DNA of 32,000 bases from Cellulophaga phage phi38:1, in sequence record NC_021796.1, one strand, 5' to 3'. The notes beneath the pieces are model-generated. The model did not search any database, was not told where the DNA came from, and worked only from the letters and a program-made list of their open reading frames with translations. Position numbers and translations under genes: made by a program. Shown here one piece after another: positions 16,318 to 25,224 of the stretch. Position 1 is the stretch's first letter. Each line of letters begins with the position of its first letter.

Positions 16318-17658
16318 ATGGCATTAACAACAGTACCAAGCTATCAAATTTCGCCTAGTTCAGTTAAGGCACCTAGCCAAACTAACTACATCGACGTATT
16401 TGATTACACTAATCAATTCGCCCCAGACGCATACGAGGAGTTGGTATCTATCTATGGAGACCAGTCTCTTACAGGTATGATTTTCAACCTTGGTAGCGAG
16501 GAAGCAATTTCTTCGGATCAATACATCTGGACGGAGAAAGGACGTTTACATACATCTTACGAGTCAGTAGCTCGTACAGGTAACGTCTTCACACAAGCAG
16601 GTCACGTATTCAGAGTAGGTGAAGTAGTAGCTTGTTCAGGTAACGGAGCTTTCCAACTTGGACGTATTTCAGCCGTAACACCTAATACATTTACAGCATT
16701 ACCGTACAAAGCGGCAGGATGGTCTGTAGGTGCGACTGGAATCAAAGCGTTTATCTCTCACACAGAGTTCTTAAAAGGATCTGGCCCTATGGACGGAAGC
16801 CTTGAGACTGACTTCACGGTTCTTAACAACAAGACTATTATCTCAAGAGATAACTACTTGGCGAATGGATCAGAGGTTACACAAGACTCTTGGATTGAGA
16901 CAGATAACGGAGGTTTCGTTTGGTATCTACAATCAGAGTTAGACGGCAGACGTAGATTCGAAGACAGGATCGAGATGGGTCTATTACAAGGTGAGTCTGC
17001 GGAAGCAGGTTCAGAGGCCGGAGCAGCCGGTTTCGATGGTTCAGAAGGACTATTCCAATCTGTAAGAACTAGAGGAAATATGTTCGAAGGATTAGCAACT
17101 ACAATTGCTGATTTTGATACTATCTTGAAGCGTTTCGATGCACAAGGTAAGATTAGAGAATACATGTTCTACGTAGATAGAGACCAGTCTTTAGCTATCG
17201 ATGACTTACTAGGTGAGTTAAACGCAGGTTACTCAGGAGGTATCTCTTACGGTATGTTCGATAACGATGAGCAAATGGCTATCAACCTTGGATTCAGAGG
17301 ATTCAAGAGAGGTTCTTATAACTTCTACAAGTCTGATTGGAAAATCTTAAATGACCCAACACTTTTAGGAGCAGTTGACCCTGCAAACGGAAAAGTACGT
17401 GGTTTACTTGTACCTCACGGGGATACAGAAGTATACGACGGTTCAAGCCCACAAGCAGACAGAGTTACTAAACCTTACTTGTCTATCAAGTACAGAGTTA
17501 AGGGTTCTGAGAACAGAAGACACAAAACATGGATCACTGGATCTGTTGGAACTAACGCTCCTACGGATGGTAACGATCACATGAGAGTTCACCACTTAGC
17601 GGACAGAGGTGTTAGTACCATCGGTGCAAACAACTACATGATCTTCGAAGGGGAGTAA
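16318..17658 (+). CDS. major capsid protein
   Basis: 446-aa ORF following the scaffold-like gene, preceded by an A-rich leader and followed by a strong terminator; MCP-like sequence (FDYTNQFAPDAYEELVSIYGDQSLTGMIF..., ISYGMFDNDEQMAINLGFRGFKRGSYNFYKSDWKILNDPTLLG). Confidence 0.83.
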   Translation: MALTTVPSYQISPSSVKAPSQTNYIDVFDYTNQFAPDAYEELVSIYGDQSLTGMIFNLGSEEAISSDQYIWTEKGRLHTSYESVARTGNVFTQAGHVFRVGEVVACSGNGAFQLGRISAVTPNTFTALPYKAAGWSVGATGIKAFISHTEFLKGSGPMDGSLETDFTVLNNKTIISRDNYLANGSEVTQDSWIETDNGGFVWYLQSELDGRRRFEDRIEMGLLQGESAEAGSEAGAAGFDGSEGLFQSVRTRGNMFEGLATTIADFDTILKRFDAQGKIREYMFYVDRDQSLAIDDLLGELNAGYSGGISYGMFDNDEQMAINLGFRGFKRGSYNFYKSDWKILNDPTLLGAVDPANGKVRGLLVPHGDTEVYDGSSPQADRVTKPYLSIKYRVKGSENRRHKTWITGSVGTNAPTDGNDHMRVHHLADRGVSTIGANNYMIFEGE

Positions 17659-17665
17659 TAAAACT

Positions 17666-17691
17666 AAGGGGGTCTAATCGCCCCCTTTTTT
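17666..17691 (+). terminator. Intrinsic terminator after MCP
   Basis: aaggggg tctaatcg cccccttt with T-run; strong 7-bp GC-rich stem. Confidence 0.88.
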
Positions 17692-17727
17692 AATTTCAAT
17701 AATTTAACTTTAATTCAACAGAACAAA

Positions 17728-18528
17728 ATGGCAGCACCAAAAAAAGCAGCTACAAAAGCAGCAACATCAAAAACAGTATTACAAGAAAAAGAATACAGAC
17801 TACTAGATTTCCAACCACTTACTTACACTATTAAGACAGGTAGAGATAACAACTTACTTGTGTGGGATGAGGAATCACAATCTACAAGAGCTATCAAGCA
17901 TTGCCCTAACGAAAAATCAATCTTCGTAGACGAGCAATCTGACAAGGCGGTAGTTAGAGCAATTGTGTTCCTTAATGGACTCTTAAGCACAAAAGCATCA
18001 GAAAAAACAACACAAGACTTTTTAGAAAATCACCCAAAAAGAGGTATCTTATTTGAACTAATCGACGCAGCAGCAGACGCACAAGTGTTCTCTGACATCG
18101 AGGAAATTAAATTAGACGTTAAGCAAGCTATTAGATTAAAAGCTAAAGAAGAAACTGGAATGACTGAACTACGTTTAATCGTATCGGTATTGAACAATGA
18201 CTCTTTAAGCGCATCTAAAATGGAGCCTGCAGAAGTTAAGAACGAGCTTTACAGCTTGGTTGAAACTAACTTAAATAGGTTCGTAGACATGGAGACTGGC
18301 GAGGTTACTGTGTTTGACGACGTAGATATACAAAGAATGGCCCTTGCCCAACACTCATTTGACTCAGGAGTAATCCAAGTAAGTGCAGACGGAAACAAGG
18401 TAATGTGGTCAGATAACAAGAAAACAATTTGCATGATTCCTTCGGGTCAAAACCACTTAGATTTCTTCGCTAAGTACTTAGGTACAGAAGAAGGTATCCA
18501 AGTAGCAAAGGAAATTTCTAAACGATAA
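17728..18528 (+). CDS. structural protein, MCP-downstream (266 aa)
   Basis: Intact ORF between MCP and connector genes, A-rich leader before ATG; specific function not recognised. Confidence 0.7.
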   Translation: MAAPKKAATKAATSKTVLQEKEYRLLDFQPLTYTIKTGRDNNLLVWDEESQSTRAIKHCPNEKSIFVDEQSDKAVVRAIVFLNGLLSTKASEKTTQDFLENHPKRGILFELIDAAADAQVFSDIEEIKLDVKQAIRLKAKEETGMTELRLIVSVLNNDSLSASKMEPAEVKNELYSLVETNLNRFVDMETGEVTVFDDVDIQRMALAQHSFDSGVIQVSADGNKVMWSDNKKTICMIPSGQNHLDFFAKYLGTEEGIQVAKEISKR

Positions 18529-18554
18529 AAACAATCACTTACTATTTTAAGACG

Positions 18555-18580
18555 AGCCCCTTTGGGGCTTTTCTTTTTTC
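18555..18580 (+). terminator. Intrinsic terminator
   Basis: agcccc ttt ggggct followed by tttcttttttc. Confidence 0.85.
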
Positions 18581-18590
18581 CGTATATTTG
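18561..18590 (+). promoter_or_regulatory. Candidate Bacteroidota promoter TTTG-N18-TATATTTG
   Basis: TTTG at 18561-18564 (terminator loop and first base of the 3' arm), 18-nt spacer, TATATTTG at 18583-18590, then ATG at 18612. Confidence 0.6.
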
Positions 18591-18611
18591 TAATACATAA
18601 AAATAGATAAG

Positions 18612-19310
18612 ATGATAAACAAAGTATTCGATCTTTTAAAGACGATCGTAAATAAAGAGGTCAGAGGGAACGTACCTTCTCCTGACGAACTTAACTTAAT
18701 AGCCAAGCAAGTACAATCAGAAATATTCAGAGCCTATTTTGAGGACGAGAATAGAGATAAGATTAAACAGAACAGGGGGGCCACTAGTAGCGGATACTCT
18801 AACTTGGCATTCAACCAAAGACAGAAGATAGACCAATTCTCAGATAAAGCTGCCTTAGTTGTATCAACTGGATCAGACTTCCTTTTACCAGACGACTTAT
18901 ACCAAATAAAGGATAATGGTCTAGACTACAACGGTAAAGTAATTTCTGAGATGGAGGGGCAGAGGTTTTCTTTCGCTAACACGTCTCTAATGAAGCCTAG
19001 CGAAACATTCCCAACATACGAGAGATACGGTAATAAAATATCAGTATCGCCAAACACAATAACATCCGGGGTTACTTGCAGGTATACAAGGATTCCTAAA
19101 GACCCTAAATGGACTTACTCAATAGCCTTTGACAGAGAGTTCTTCAACCCTTCTGCGGACGACTTCCAAGATTTTGAGCTACACGAGTCAGAGTTTTCTA
19201 ACATAGTAGTTAGAATGCTATCTTACTTAGGTATTCACATAAGAGAAGTAGAAGTTACTCAATATGCTGAGAAACTTAAAGAGAAAACAGAAATAAGAGA
19301 CGAACAATAA
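18612..19310 (+). CDS. putative head-tail connector/ring protein
   Basis: 232-aa ORF in connector position; N-terminus NKEVRGNVPSPDELNLIAKQVQSEIFRAYFEDEN resembles crAss-like structural proteins. Confidence 0.6.
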   Translation: MINKVFDLLKTIVNKEVRGNVPSPDELNLIAKQVQSEIFRAYFEDENRDKIKQNRGATSSGYSNLAFNQRQKIDQFSDKAALVVSTGSDFLLPDDLYQIKDNGLDYNGKVISEMEGQRFSFANTSLMKPSETFPTYERYGNKISVSPNTITSGVTCRYTRIPKDPKWTYSIAFDREFFNPSADDFQDFELHESEFSNIVVRMLSYLGIHIREVEVTQYAEKLKEKTEIRDEQ

Positions 19311-19321
19311 AATAGAGTACA

Positions 19322-20173
19322 ATGGCATTACATAATTTTACAAATTTAGATGAATACTACAGCGACTCTAGCCAGTTCGGTGAGTATCAATATACGACAC
19401 TAGAAGAGATAATAAGTAACTACATGTTCGGAATGTCCGACGATGATTACACTATAAACTCAGATAGAAACAGAGTAGCACTATTCGGTAAGAAAGGGGT
19501 TAGGGAATTATACTTTGACGTAGTTAACGAGGTTATATCTATAGAACTAGATTTAAGTCCGACATTAACAATACCACTTCCACATGACTACATAGCATTT
19601 ACTAGGATTTCATGGGTAGACGACACAGGTAAATTGCACCCTCTTGCAGTAGACAAGAGTAATAACTTATCTCAAGCGTTCTTACAAGCAAACGACTACG
19701 AATTTTTATACGACGTAAACGGAGATATTTTAAAAGGTAGTCACATACAAAACTTACCGGAGAACAGTAAGAGAGTAGACTCGCAGTCTCCTAGCGGAAG
19801 CTCTCCAACTTTCAACTTGGATAGGTCTAAGATGTATAATAACGGTAGCTATAGGATAGACAAAACTAAAGGGGAGATACAATTTTCATCGGCAGTAGAC
19901 GGGAGAACGATAGTTTTAGACTACATAAGCGACGGACTGTTCCAAAGGGATGATAGTGATATAAAAATACATAAGTTCGCTGAGGACGCCTTAGACTCAT
20001 TTATTTACTACAATTTAGTAAAAAGAAATAGGAGCGTACCGGCCAATGAGAAATACAGAGCCGAAAAAGAGTGGTGGAATCTTAGAAGGATCGCCAAAAG
20101 AAGAATAAACCCTGTTAATTACGACAACATTAAGCAAGTTCTTAAAGGTGGGTCAAGATGGATTAAAGATTAA
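19322..20173 (+). CDS. putative ring/head-tail adaptor protein
   Basis: 283-aa ORF with TNLDEYYSDSSQFGEYQYTTLEEIISNYMFGMSDDDY..., located between connector and tail stabilization-like genes. Confidence 0.6.
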   Translation: MALHNFTNLDEYYSDSSQFGEYQYTTLEEIISNYMFGMSDDDYTINSDRNRVALFGKKGVRELYFDVVNEVISIELDLSPTLTIPLPHDYIAFTRISWVDDTGKLHPLAVDKSNNLSQAFLQANDYEFLYDVNGDILKGSHIQNLPENSKRVDSQSPSGSSPTFNLDRSKMYNNGSYRIDKTKGEIQFSSAVDGRTIVLDYISDGLFQRDDSDIKIHKFAEDALDSFIYYNLVKRNRSVPANEKYRAEKEWWNLRRIAKRRINPVNYDNIKQVLKGGSRWIKD

Positions 20174-20178
20174 AAACA

Positions 20179-23100
20179 ATGATAGAAATTAAAAACTTAT
20201 TTACATCTGGAAAAATGAACAAGGGTGCTGACTCTAGACTTATGCCTGACGGAGAGTATAGAGATGCCTTGAATATAAAGCTAAGCACTTCACAAGGTTC
20301 AGATATAGGGGCTATAGAGAACTGCCTATCTACAAAGCAATTAACAACGCTTCCTCTTGGAAGTACAGTTAATACTTTGGGGGCCTTCTTTGATAGCTCG
20401 GCAGATATGATTTACTGGTTTGTTAATTCAAATACAGGGGATTATGTAATAGAGTACGACACTATTTCAGATTCGTCTACTATAATCTTGACAGACACTA
20501 CAGCAAACGTATTAAACTTTAACCCTGACTACCTTATTACTGGTGTCGGGGTTATCGTGGATACAGACAGTAATAAAAGAATACTTGTTTGGACTGACGG
20601 AATTAATCCTGTAAGGTCTATAAATATAAACACAGCAAAAGGGTATTCTGCGAATGGTTTCAACGACTCTCAAATATCTCTAGCAAAAGCTCCTCCATTG
20701 TATCCACCGACTATGGTATTAGGTACAACGGACACAGAGCAAGAAAATAACTTACTTAATAGATTCCTTAGGTTTTCTTACAGATACAAGTATGCCGATG
20801 GTGAGGTAAGCGCATTCTCTCCATTTACTGAGACTGCATTCTCTCCAAAAAACTTTAACTACGATTACTCTATATCTTCTAACGAGTCTATGGAGAATCA
20901 ATACAATACAGTAGACATCTCTTTCAACACAGGGGTGAGTGAAGTTGTAGGTATCGATATACTTATGAAGGAGTCTAGTAGCAGTAATGTATCATTGGTA
21001 CAAAGCTTTAATAAAGAAGAAGAAAACTGGGGGAATGGAGAAACAAAGACATTCACATTTTCAAATAATAAAATATCTACGGTTTTACCGTCAGACCAAC
21101 TTAGTAGACTTTACGACGCAGTACCACTTTCAGCCAAGGCTTTAGAGCTTATCGGTAATAGAATTGTATTAGGTAACTACGTAGAGGGCTACAACATAGA
21201 GGATGCATCTGGTAACAGAATCAAGATAGATTTTTCAGTAGAGGTGTTATCTACATCTGTACCTAGCGGACAACCTAGAGCCACTTTAAAAAGTAATAGG
21301 GGTTACGAAGTTGGTATAGTTTACTTAGATGATTACGGAAGGATGACGACCGTTCTTACTAGCCCTACAAACACTACTCACATTAGTAATGGTAATTGCG
21401 TAGACCAAAATAAGCTAAGGGTTACTATTGAGAATGAGGCACCTAGTTGGGCAACTAAATACAGATTCTTCTTAAAGCAAACTAGAACTGACTATGAAAC
21501 AATCGTACCATCTATCTTTTACCAAGATGGCGTATACGTGTGGATTAAAATTGAAGCCGACGAACAAAATAAATTTGATGTTGGTGATTTTATCTATGTT
21601 AAGTCAGACTCTACGCAAGTTTTAGATAAGGCGGTTCAGACTAGAGTATTAGAGCTAGTTAACCAAGAGGAGAATTTCTTAGAGGATCCTGAGGACGATT
21701 CTATAACTACGGTAAACCAGATTAGAGGTACTTACTTTAAAATTAAGCCAGTAGACTTTAGAATCAGAGAAGAGGATTTCCAAATCTACGAGAATGTTAC
21801 ATACGGTTTTAGGTCTACAAATAGTTCAAATAACTTCAATAACGACAGTCTTTACTATGTAGAGGAGCCAGTTTATTACGGTACTACTGGTATAGACGAT
21901 TTATCTTCTGCCGGAACATACACAGGGAGTACAGATATAAGATACATAGTAGATATAAACGCAGTAGGGGCTACAGATTCATTTAGATGGAGTAGTGACG
22001 GAGGACTTACCTATAGCGCTGACATTGCCATAACTGGCGGTAATCAGGTCATGGAAAAAGGAATAACTGTAAAATTCGATAACGTTTCAGGTCACTCTTT
22101 AGATGATAACTGGATTTTATCTGCAAAGTCAGGGCAAGTTACTATGAACGTTAGAAGTAGTGAAGCCTCTGGATCGGCAGGTACAACCAAGAGATCTGCT
22201 ATTATGCATTACGCAGGTAAGCAAAAAACAGCCGTTGGAGGGGAGACTATTAAAGGTGGGGCCAATATCACAATAGTGTACGACGATACAGCTAGTGACG
22301 GGGCCAATGACGATAACAGTATTAAATACACACAGTCGTTCAACGCCACTAGAGACTACGCAAACTTAGAAGAGTGGTTCTACGGTGATAATATTATAGA
22401 CACTTTACAATACCCAACTTCTGACCAAGCGGATAGAGTTATCTTTAGAAGAGGAGAAGAGGATTCGGGTAATTCCGAGGGGTCTCAAGTAGTTTCTATA
22501 TCTGCCACGGGGTCTAGGATGAATATGTGCTTTATGTCTAAGAAAGGATTTAGCGGTGGGGAAAGAGTTAGAGTTAACAAATTCTCAGAGCCGTCTTTGA
22601 CTATACTAGAGCTTAACAACAATATAATTTTCGAGACTATACCAGTTAACGACGATTCTCAATTGTTCTTTGAGGTAGGTAGGACTTATGAAATTTCTAA
22701 CGGACTGCATAGAAGTACTCACGCAGGGGATGTTAACCAAACATCAAACGCACCGGCCGAGTTGACTCTACCAGTATACAACGCATTCGCTTGGGGTAAC
22801 GCATTCGAGAGCTATAAGATAAAGGATTTATTCAATGAAAAGTCCATGAAGATAGATAGCAGGCCTTCGGGAGTTATCCAAGACTATAGACAAAATAATA
22901 GGATTGCAGACCTTACATATAGTAAGCCATTTGAAAAGTCTACTAATTACAACGGAATAAACGAGTTTAACTTGTCTACAGCCAACTTCATGCAAATGGA
23001 TGACAGATACGGAAGTATTCAAAAGTTATTCTCTGCGGAAACAAACTTAGAGGTATACCAAGAGGACAAGATACATAACGTACTTTACTCTAAAGATGTC

Positions 23101-24153
23101 TTATTAGATGCCGATGGAGAGGGTAATATTAAGGAAAGTACTAATGTCTTGGGTGGCACTCCTGTACCATGGTCGGGAGAATATGGTATTTCAAAAAATC
23201 CTGAGAGTCATGCGTCATACGGAAACTCTAGATTCTTTACGGATGCTAGGAGAGGTGTTTTACTTAGAAGAGGTCTAGAAGGAATCACGGAAATAACTTC
23301 TGGTATGGAAGATTTCTTAAGCGATAGTTTTAGACTTAGGCCGGACAACAAGAGGTTCGGGGCGTTTGACCTTAGAGACAAGGAGTATGTAATGCACGAG
23401 AAAGGTGTGTTTACAACAGCCTACAGTAATTTAGTTACGGGATATCCTTCATTCTATTCTTTTAGTCCTGAATGGATGGGTTCTTTGAATAATAAATTTT
23501 ATAGTTTCAAAGGAGGGCAGCTACATAGGCACTATGACGAGAGTAACCCTATTAGAAATAACTTCTACGGTACTCAATACGAGTCTACTATTAAGTTGAT
23601 AATGAATGAAGCTCCTTCGGATATAAAGGTACTAAAGGCTATAAACATTGAGGGCAATAAACCTTGGAGTTCAGTTATTAAATCTTACCTGAATGACGAG
23701 AATACGTCTATTACACAAACTAGCCTATCTGTAGAAGAGTTTTTGAATAAAGAAGGGAAGTTCTATGCGTATCTTAGGAGAAACGAGTTAGAGGGAGATT
23801 ACACCGCCAAGGATGTTTACGGAATTGGAGAGGTTCAATCATCCTCAGGTTCGACTATAACTATAAAAGGAAGTATAGCAGGCACAGCGCTTAGGGTAGG
23901 AGACGACCTTTACAACTCCTCTGGGGTTCGTTTAGGAGAGATTCAAACTTACAGCACTTTGGCCAATACGGTTACACTTACGTCTTCGGTATCAGTACCG
24001 GCCTCGACATTTTTGTTCGGTAAAAAGGACGGTAGAGTAGAGGGTAGTGAAATAAGAGGTTACAATTTTGAGATAGATTTGACAGATTCTACTAACACTA
24101 GAACTGAGTTATTTGCACTTAATGGTGTAGTCTTCAAAAGTTGGCCGTCTTAA
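20179..24153 (+). CDS. tail stabilization/tail tube-like protein (1324 aa)
   Basis: N-terminus MNKGADSRLMPDGEYRDALNIKLSTSQGSDIGAIENCL... and LLNRFLRFSYRYKYADGEVSAFSPFTETAFSP are characteristic of crAss-like tail stabilization proteins. Confidence 0.78.
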   Translation: MIEIKNLFTSGKMNKGADSRLMPDGEYRDALNIKLSTSQGSDIGAIENCLSTKQLTTLPLGSTVNTLGAFFDSSADMIYWFVNSNTGDYVIEYDTISDSSTIILTDTTANVLNFNPDYLITGVGVIVDTDSNKRILVWTDGINPVRSININTAKGYSANGFNDSQISLAKAPPLYPPTMVLGTTDTEQENNLLNRFLRFSYRYKYADGEVSAFSPFTETAFSPKNFNYDYSISSNESMENQYNTVDISFNTGVSEVVGIDILMKESSSSNVSLVQSFNKEEENWGNGETKTFTFSNNKISTVLPSDQLSRLYDAVPLSAKALELIGNRIVLGNYVEGYNIEDASGNRIKIDFSVEVLSTSVPSGQPRATLKSNRGYEVGIVYLDDYGRMTTVLTSPTNTTHISNGNCVDQNKLRVTIENEAPSWATKYRFFLKQTRTDYETIVPSIFYQDGVYVWIKIEADEQNKFDVGDFIYVKSDSTQVLDKAVQTRVLELVNQEENFLEDPEDDSITTVNQIRGTYFKIKPVDFRIREEDFQIYENVTYGFRSTNSSNNFNNDSLYYVEEPVYYGTTGIDDLSSAGTYTGSTDIRYIVDINAVGATDSFRWSSDGGLTYSADIAITGGNQVMEKGITVKFDNVSGHSLDDNWILSAKSGQVTMNVRSSEASGSAGTTKRSAIMHYAGKQKTAVGGETIKGGANITIVYDDTASDGANDDNSIKYTQSFNATRDYANLEEWFYGDNIIDTLQYPTSDQADRVIFRRGEEDSGNSEGSQVVSISATGSRMNMCFMSKKGFSGGERVRVNKFSEPSLTILELNNNIIFETIPVNDDSQLFFEVGRTYEISNGLHRSTHAGDVNQTSNAPAELTLPVYNAFAWGNAFESYKIKDLFNEKSMKIDSRPSGVIQDYRQNNRIADLTYSKPFEKSTNYNGINEFNLSTANFMQMDDRYGSIQKLFSAETNLEVYQEDKIHNVLYSKDVLLDADGEGNIKESTNVLGGTPVPWSGEYGISKNPESHASYGNSRFFTDARRGVLLRRGLEGITEITSGMEDFLSDSFRLRPDNKRFGAFDLRDKEYVMHEKGVFTTAYSNLVTGYPSFYSFSPEWMGSLNNKFYSFKGGQLHRHYDESNPIRNNFYGTQYESTIKLIMNEAPSDIKVLKAINIEGNKPWSSVIKSYLNDENTSITQTSLSVEEFLNKEGKFYAYLRRNELEGDYTAKDVYGIGEVQSSSGSTITIKGSIAGTALRVGDDLYNSSGVRLGEIQTYSTLANTVTLTSSVSVPASTFLFGKKDGRVEGSEIRGYNFEIDLTDSTNTRTELFALNGVVFKSWPS

Positions 24154-24174
24154 ATATTTGTTGTATCTTGTAGT

Positions 24175-24573
24175 ATGGAATTTAAAGTAATACAACACGA
24201 TGCGAAAGATTTTTACGAAGTATACAAAAAATGGTGCAAGGGCCATAATTTCCCTGCAAGAAATGTTGAAGAGTTGGATATCGCCTTCGTGTCTTATCGT
24301 GGCGATACCCCTCTTTATAGCACTTTCATATGGAGGACGCCATCTACATTCTGCGTTCTGGGGTTTCCTGTTAGTAACCCTGATATACCTTACATACATA
24401 GAAAAGGAGCTCTCGGATTTTTGTTCTCCGAAGTATCTAGACAGCTTAAAGAAATGGGCTTTAAGATAATCTGGACTACCTCTGATACAGAGAGAGTTGT
24501 GGAGGGATTGATTGATAGTGGATTCCAAGTAGCGGACACTAAAGTAGACCAATATTACAAAGTACTCTTTTAG
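24175..24573 (+). CDS. GNAT-like N-acetyltransferase
   Basis: 132-aa ORF with MEFKVIQHDAKDFYEVYKKWCKGHNF...FPVSNPDIPYIHRKGALGFLFSEVSRQLKEMGFKIIWTTSDTERVVEGLIDSGFQVADTKVDQYYKVL, a phage GNAT-like architecture. Confidence 0.68.
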   Translation: MEFKVIQHDAKDFYEVYKKWCKGHNFPARNVEELDIAFVSYRGDTPLYSTFIWRTPSTFCVLGFPVSNPDIPYIHRKGALGFLFSEVSRQLKEMGFKIIWTTSDTERVVEGLIDSGFQVADTKVDQYYKVLF

Positions 24574-24589
24574 TACATTTGTTTTTTCC

Positions 24590-24605
24590 GTACTTTTACA
24601 TTAAA
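24590..24605 (+). promoter_or_regulatory. Candidate promoter-like element GTACTTTTACATTAAA
   Basis: 15 of 16 nt identical to 1960-1975 and also just upstream of an ATG; a second TAnnTTTG match (TACATTTG) is at 24574-24581. Confidence 0.4.
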
Positions 24606-24621
24606 TAAAAACACATAAAAC

Positions 24622-25224
24622 ATGGGAGTAGGAGCAGCAGCAGCAGGCCTTTCAGCCGTAGGCGGTATAGTTAAGGGTATAAACGGGGCTAAGAGAGCGA
24701 GGAAAGCTCAGAAAGCTATAGATAATTACGAGAGACAAACGTTAGAAAATTCATATAAAGATATGGAAGTCAGTACTTTAGGTGCAGATCTTCAAAGGGA
24801 AGAACTTGCCAGAGCTACGGCAACTAGCGTAGGAGCATTAGCTTCGGGAGGAGTAAGAGGAATTATAGGAGGTGTTGGAGCGGTACAAGCTAACAACGTA
24901 GCCTCTTCTAGAGCAATCGGAGCAGATTTAGACTCGCAACAAAAGAACATAGACCAACTAAGAGCCTCAGATAATTCAGTTATTAGAAACATGACAGAGA
25001 CTAGAGAGCAGCAAGATTTAGCAGGTTTAGGGAATGCCTTAGAAGTTGGTCGTCAAGATGCAGCCTCAGGATTCGGAGACGCTATTCAATCAGTAGGCTC
25101 TATGGGAGGAATATTAGGAGGCGCTAAAGGAGCAACAGCAGCGGTAGGAGGAGGATCTTCTTTCAGTAATCCGTTTGCATCCACAAAAACATTTTTAGAT
25201 AATCACCAAAACCCTTTTAAATAA
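24622..25224 (+). CDS. putative internal virion/ejection protein (200 aa)
   Basis: Gly/Ala-rich N-terminus MGVGAAAAGLSAVGGIVKGINGAKRARKAQKA, helical middle, AVGGGSSF C-terminus; resembles T7 gp14-type proteins in composition and location. Confidence 0.6.
   Translation: MGVGAAAAGLSAVGGIVKGINGAKRARKAQKAIDNYERQTLENSYKDMEVSTLGADLQREELARATATSVGALASGGVRGIIGGVGAVQANNVASSRAIGADLDSQQKNIDQLRASDNSVIRNMTETREQQDLAGLGNALEVGRQDAASGFGDAIQSVGSMGGILGGAKGATAAVGGGSSFSNPFASTKTFLDNHQNPFK

Noticed and set aside
16854-17584. Minus 103-aa and plus 69-aa ORFs within the major capsid gene
   Set aside because: Embedded in an intact, motif-supported MCP gene; treated as chance ORFs.
24109-24552. Minus-strand 147-aa and overlapping plus-strand frames at the GNAT-like gene
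   Set aside because: The GNAT-like frame has recognisable composition and proper spacing with neighbours; the antisense ORF spans the end of the tail gene and lacks a separate leader.
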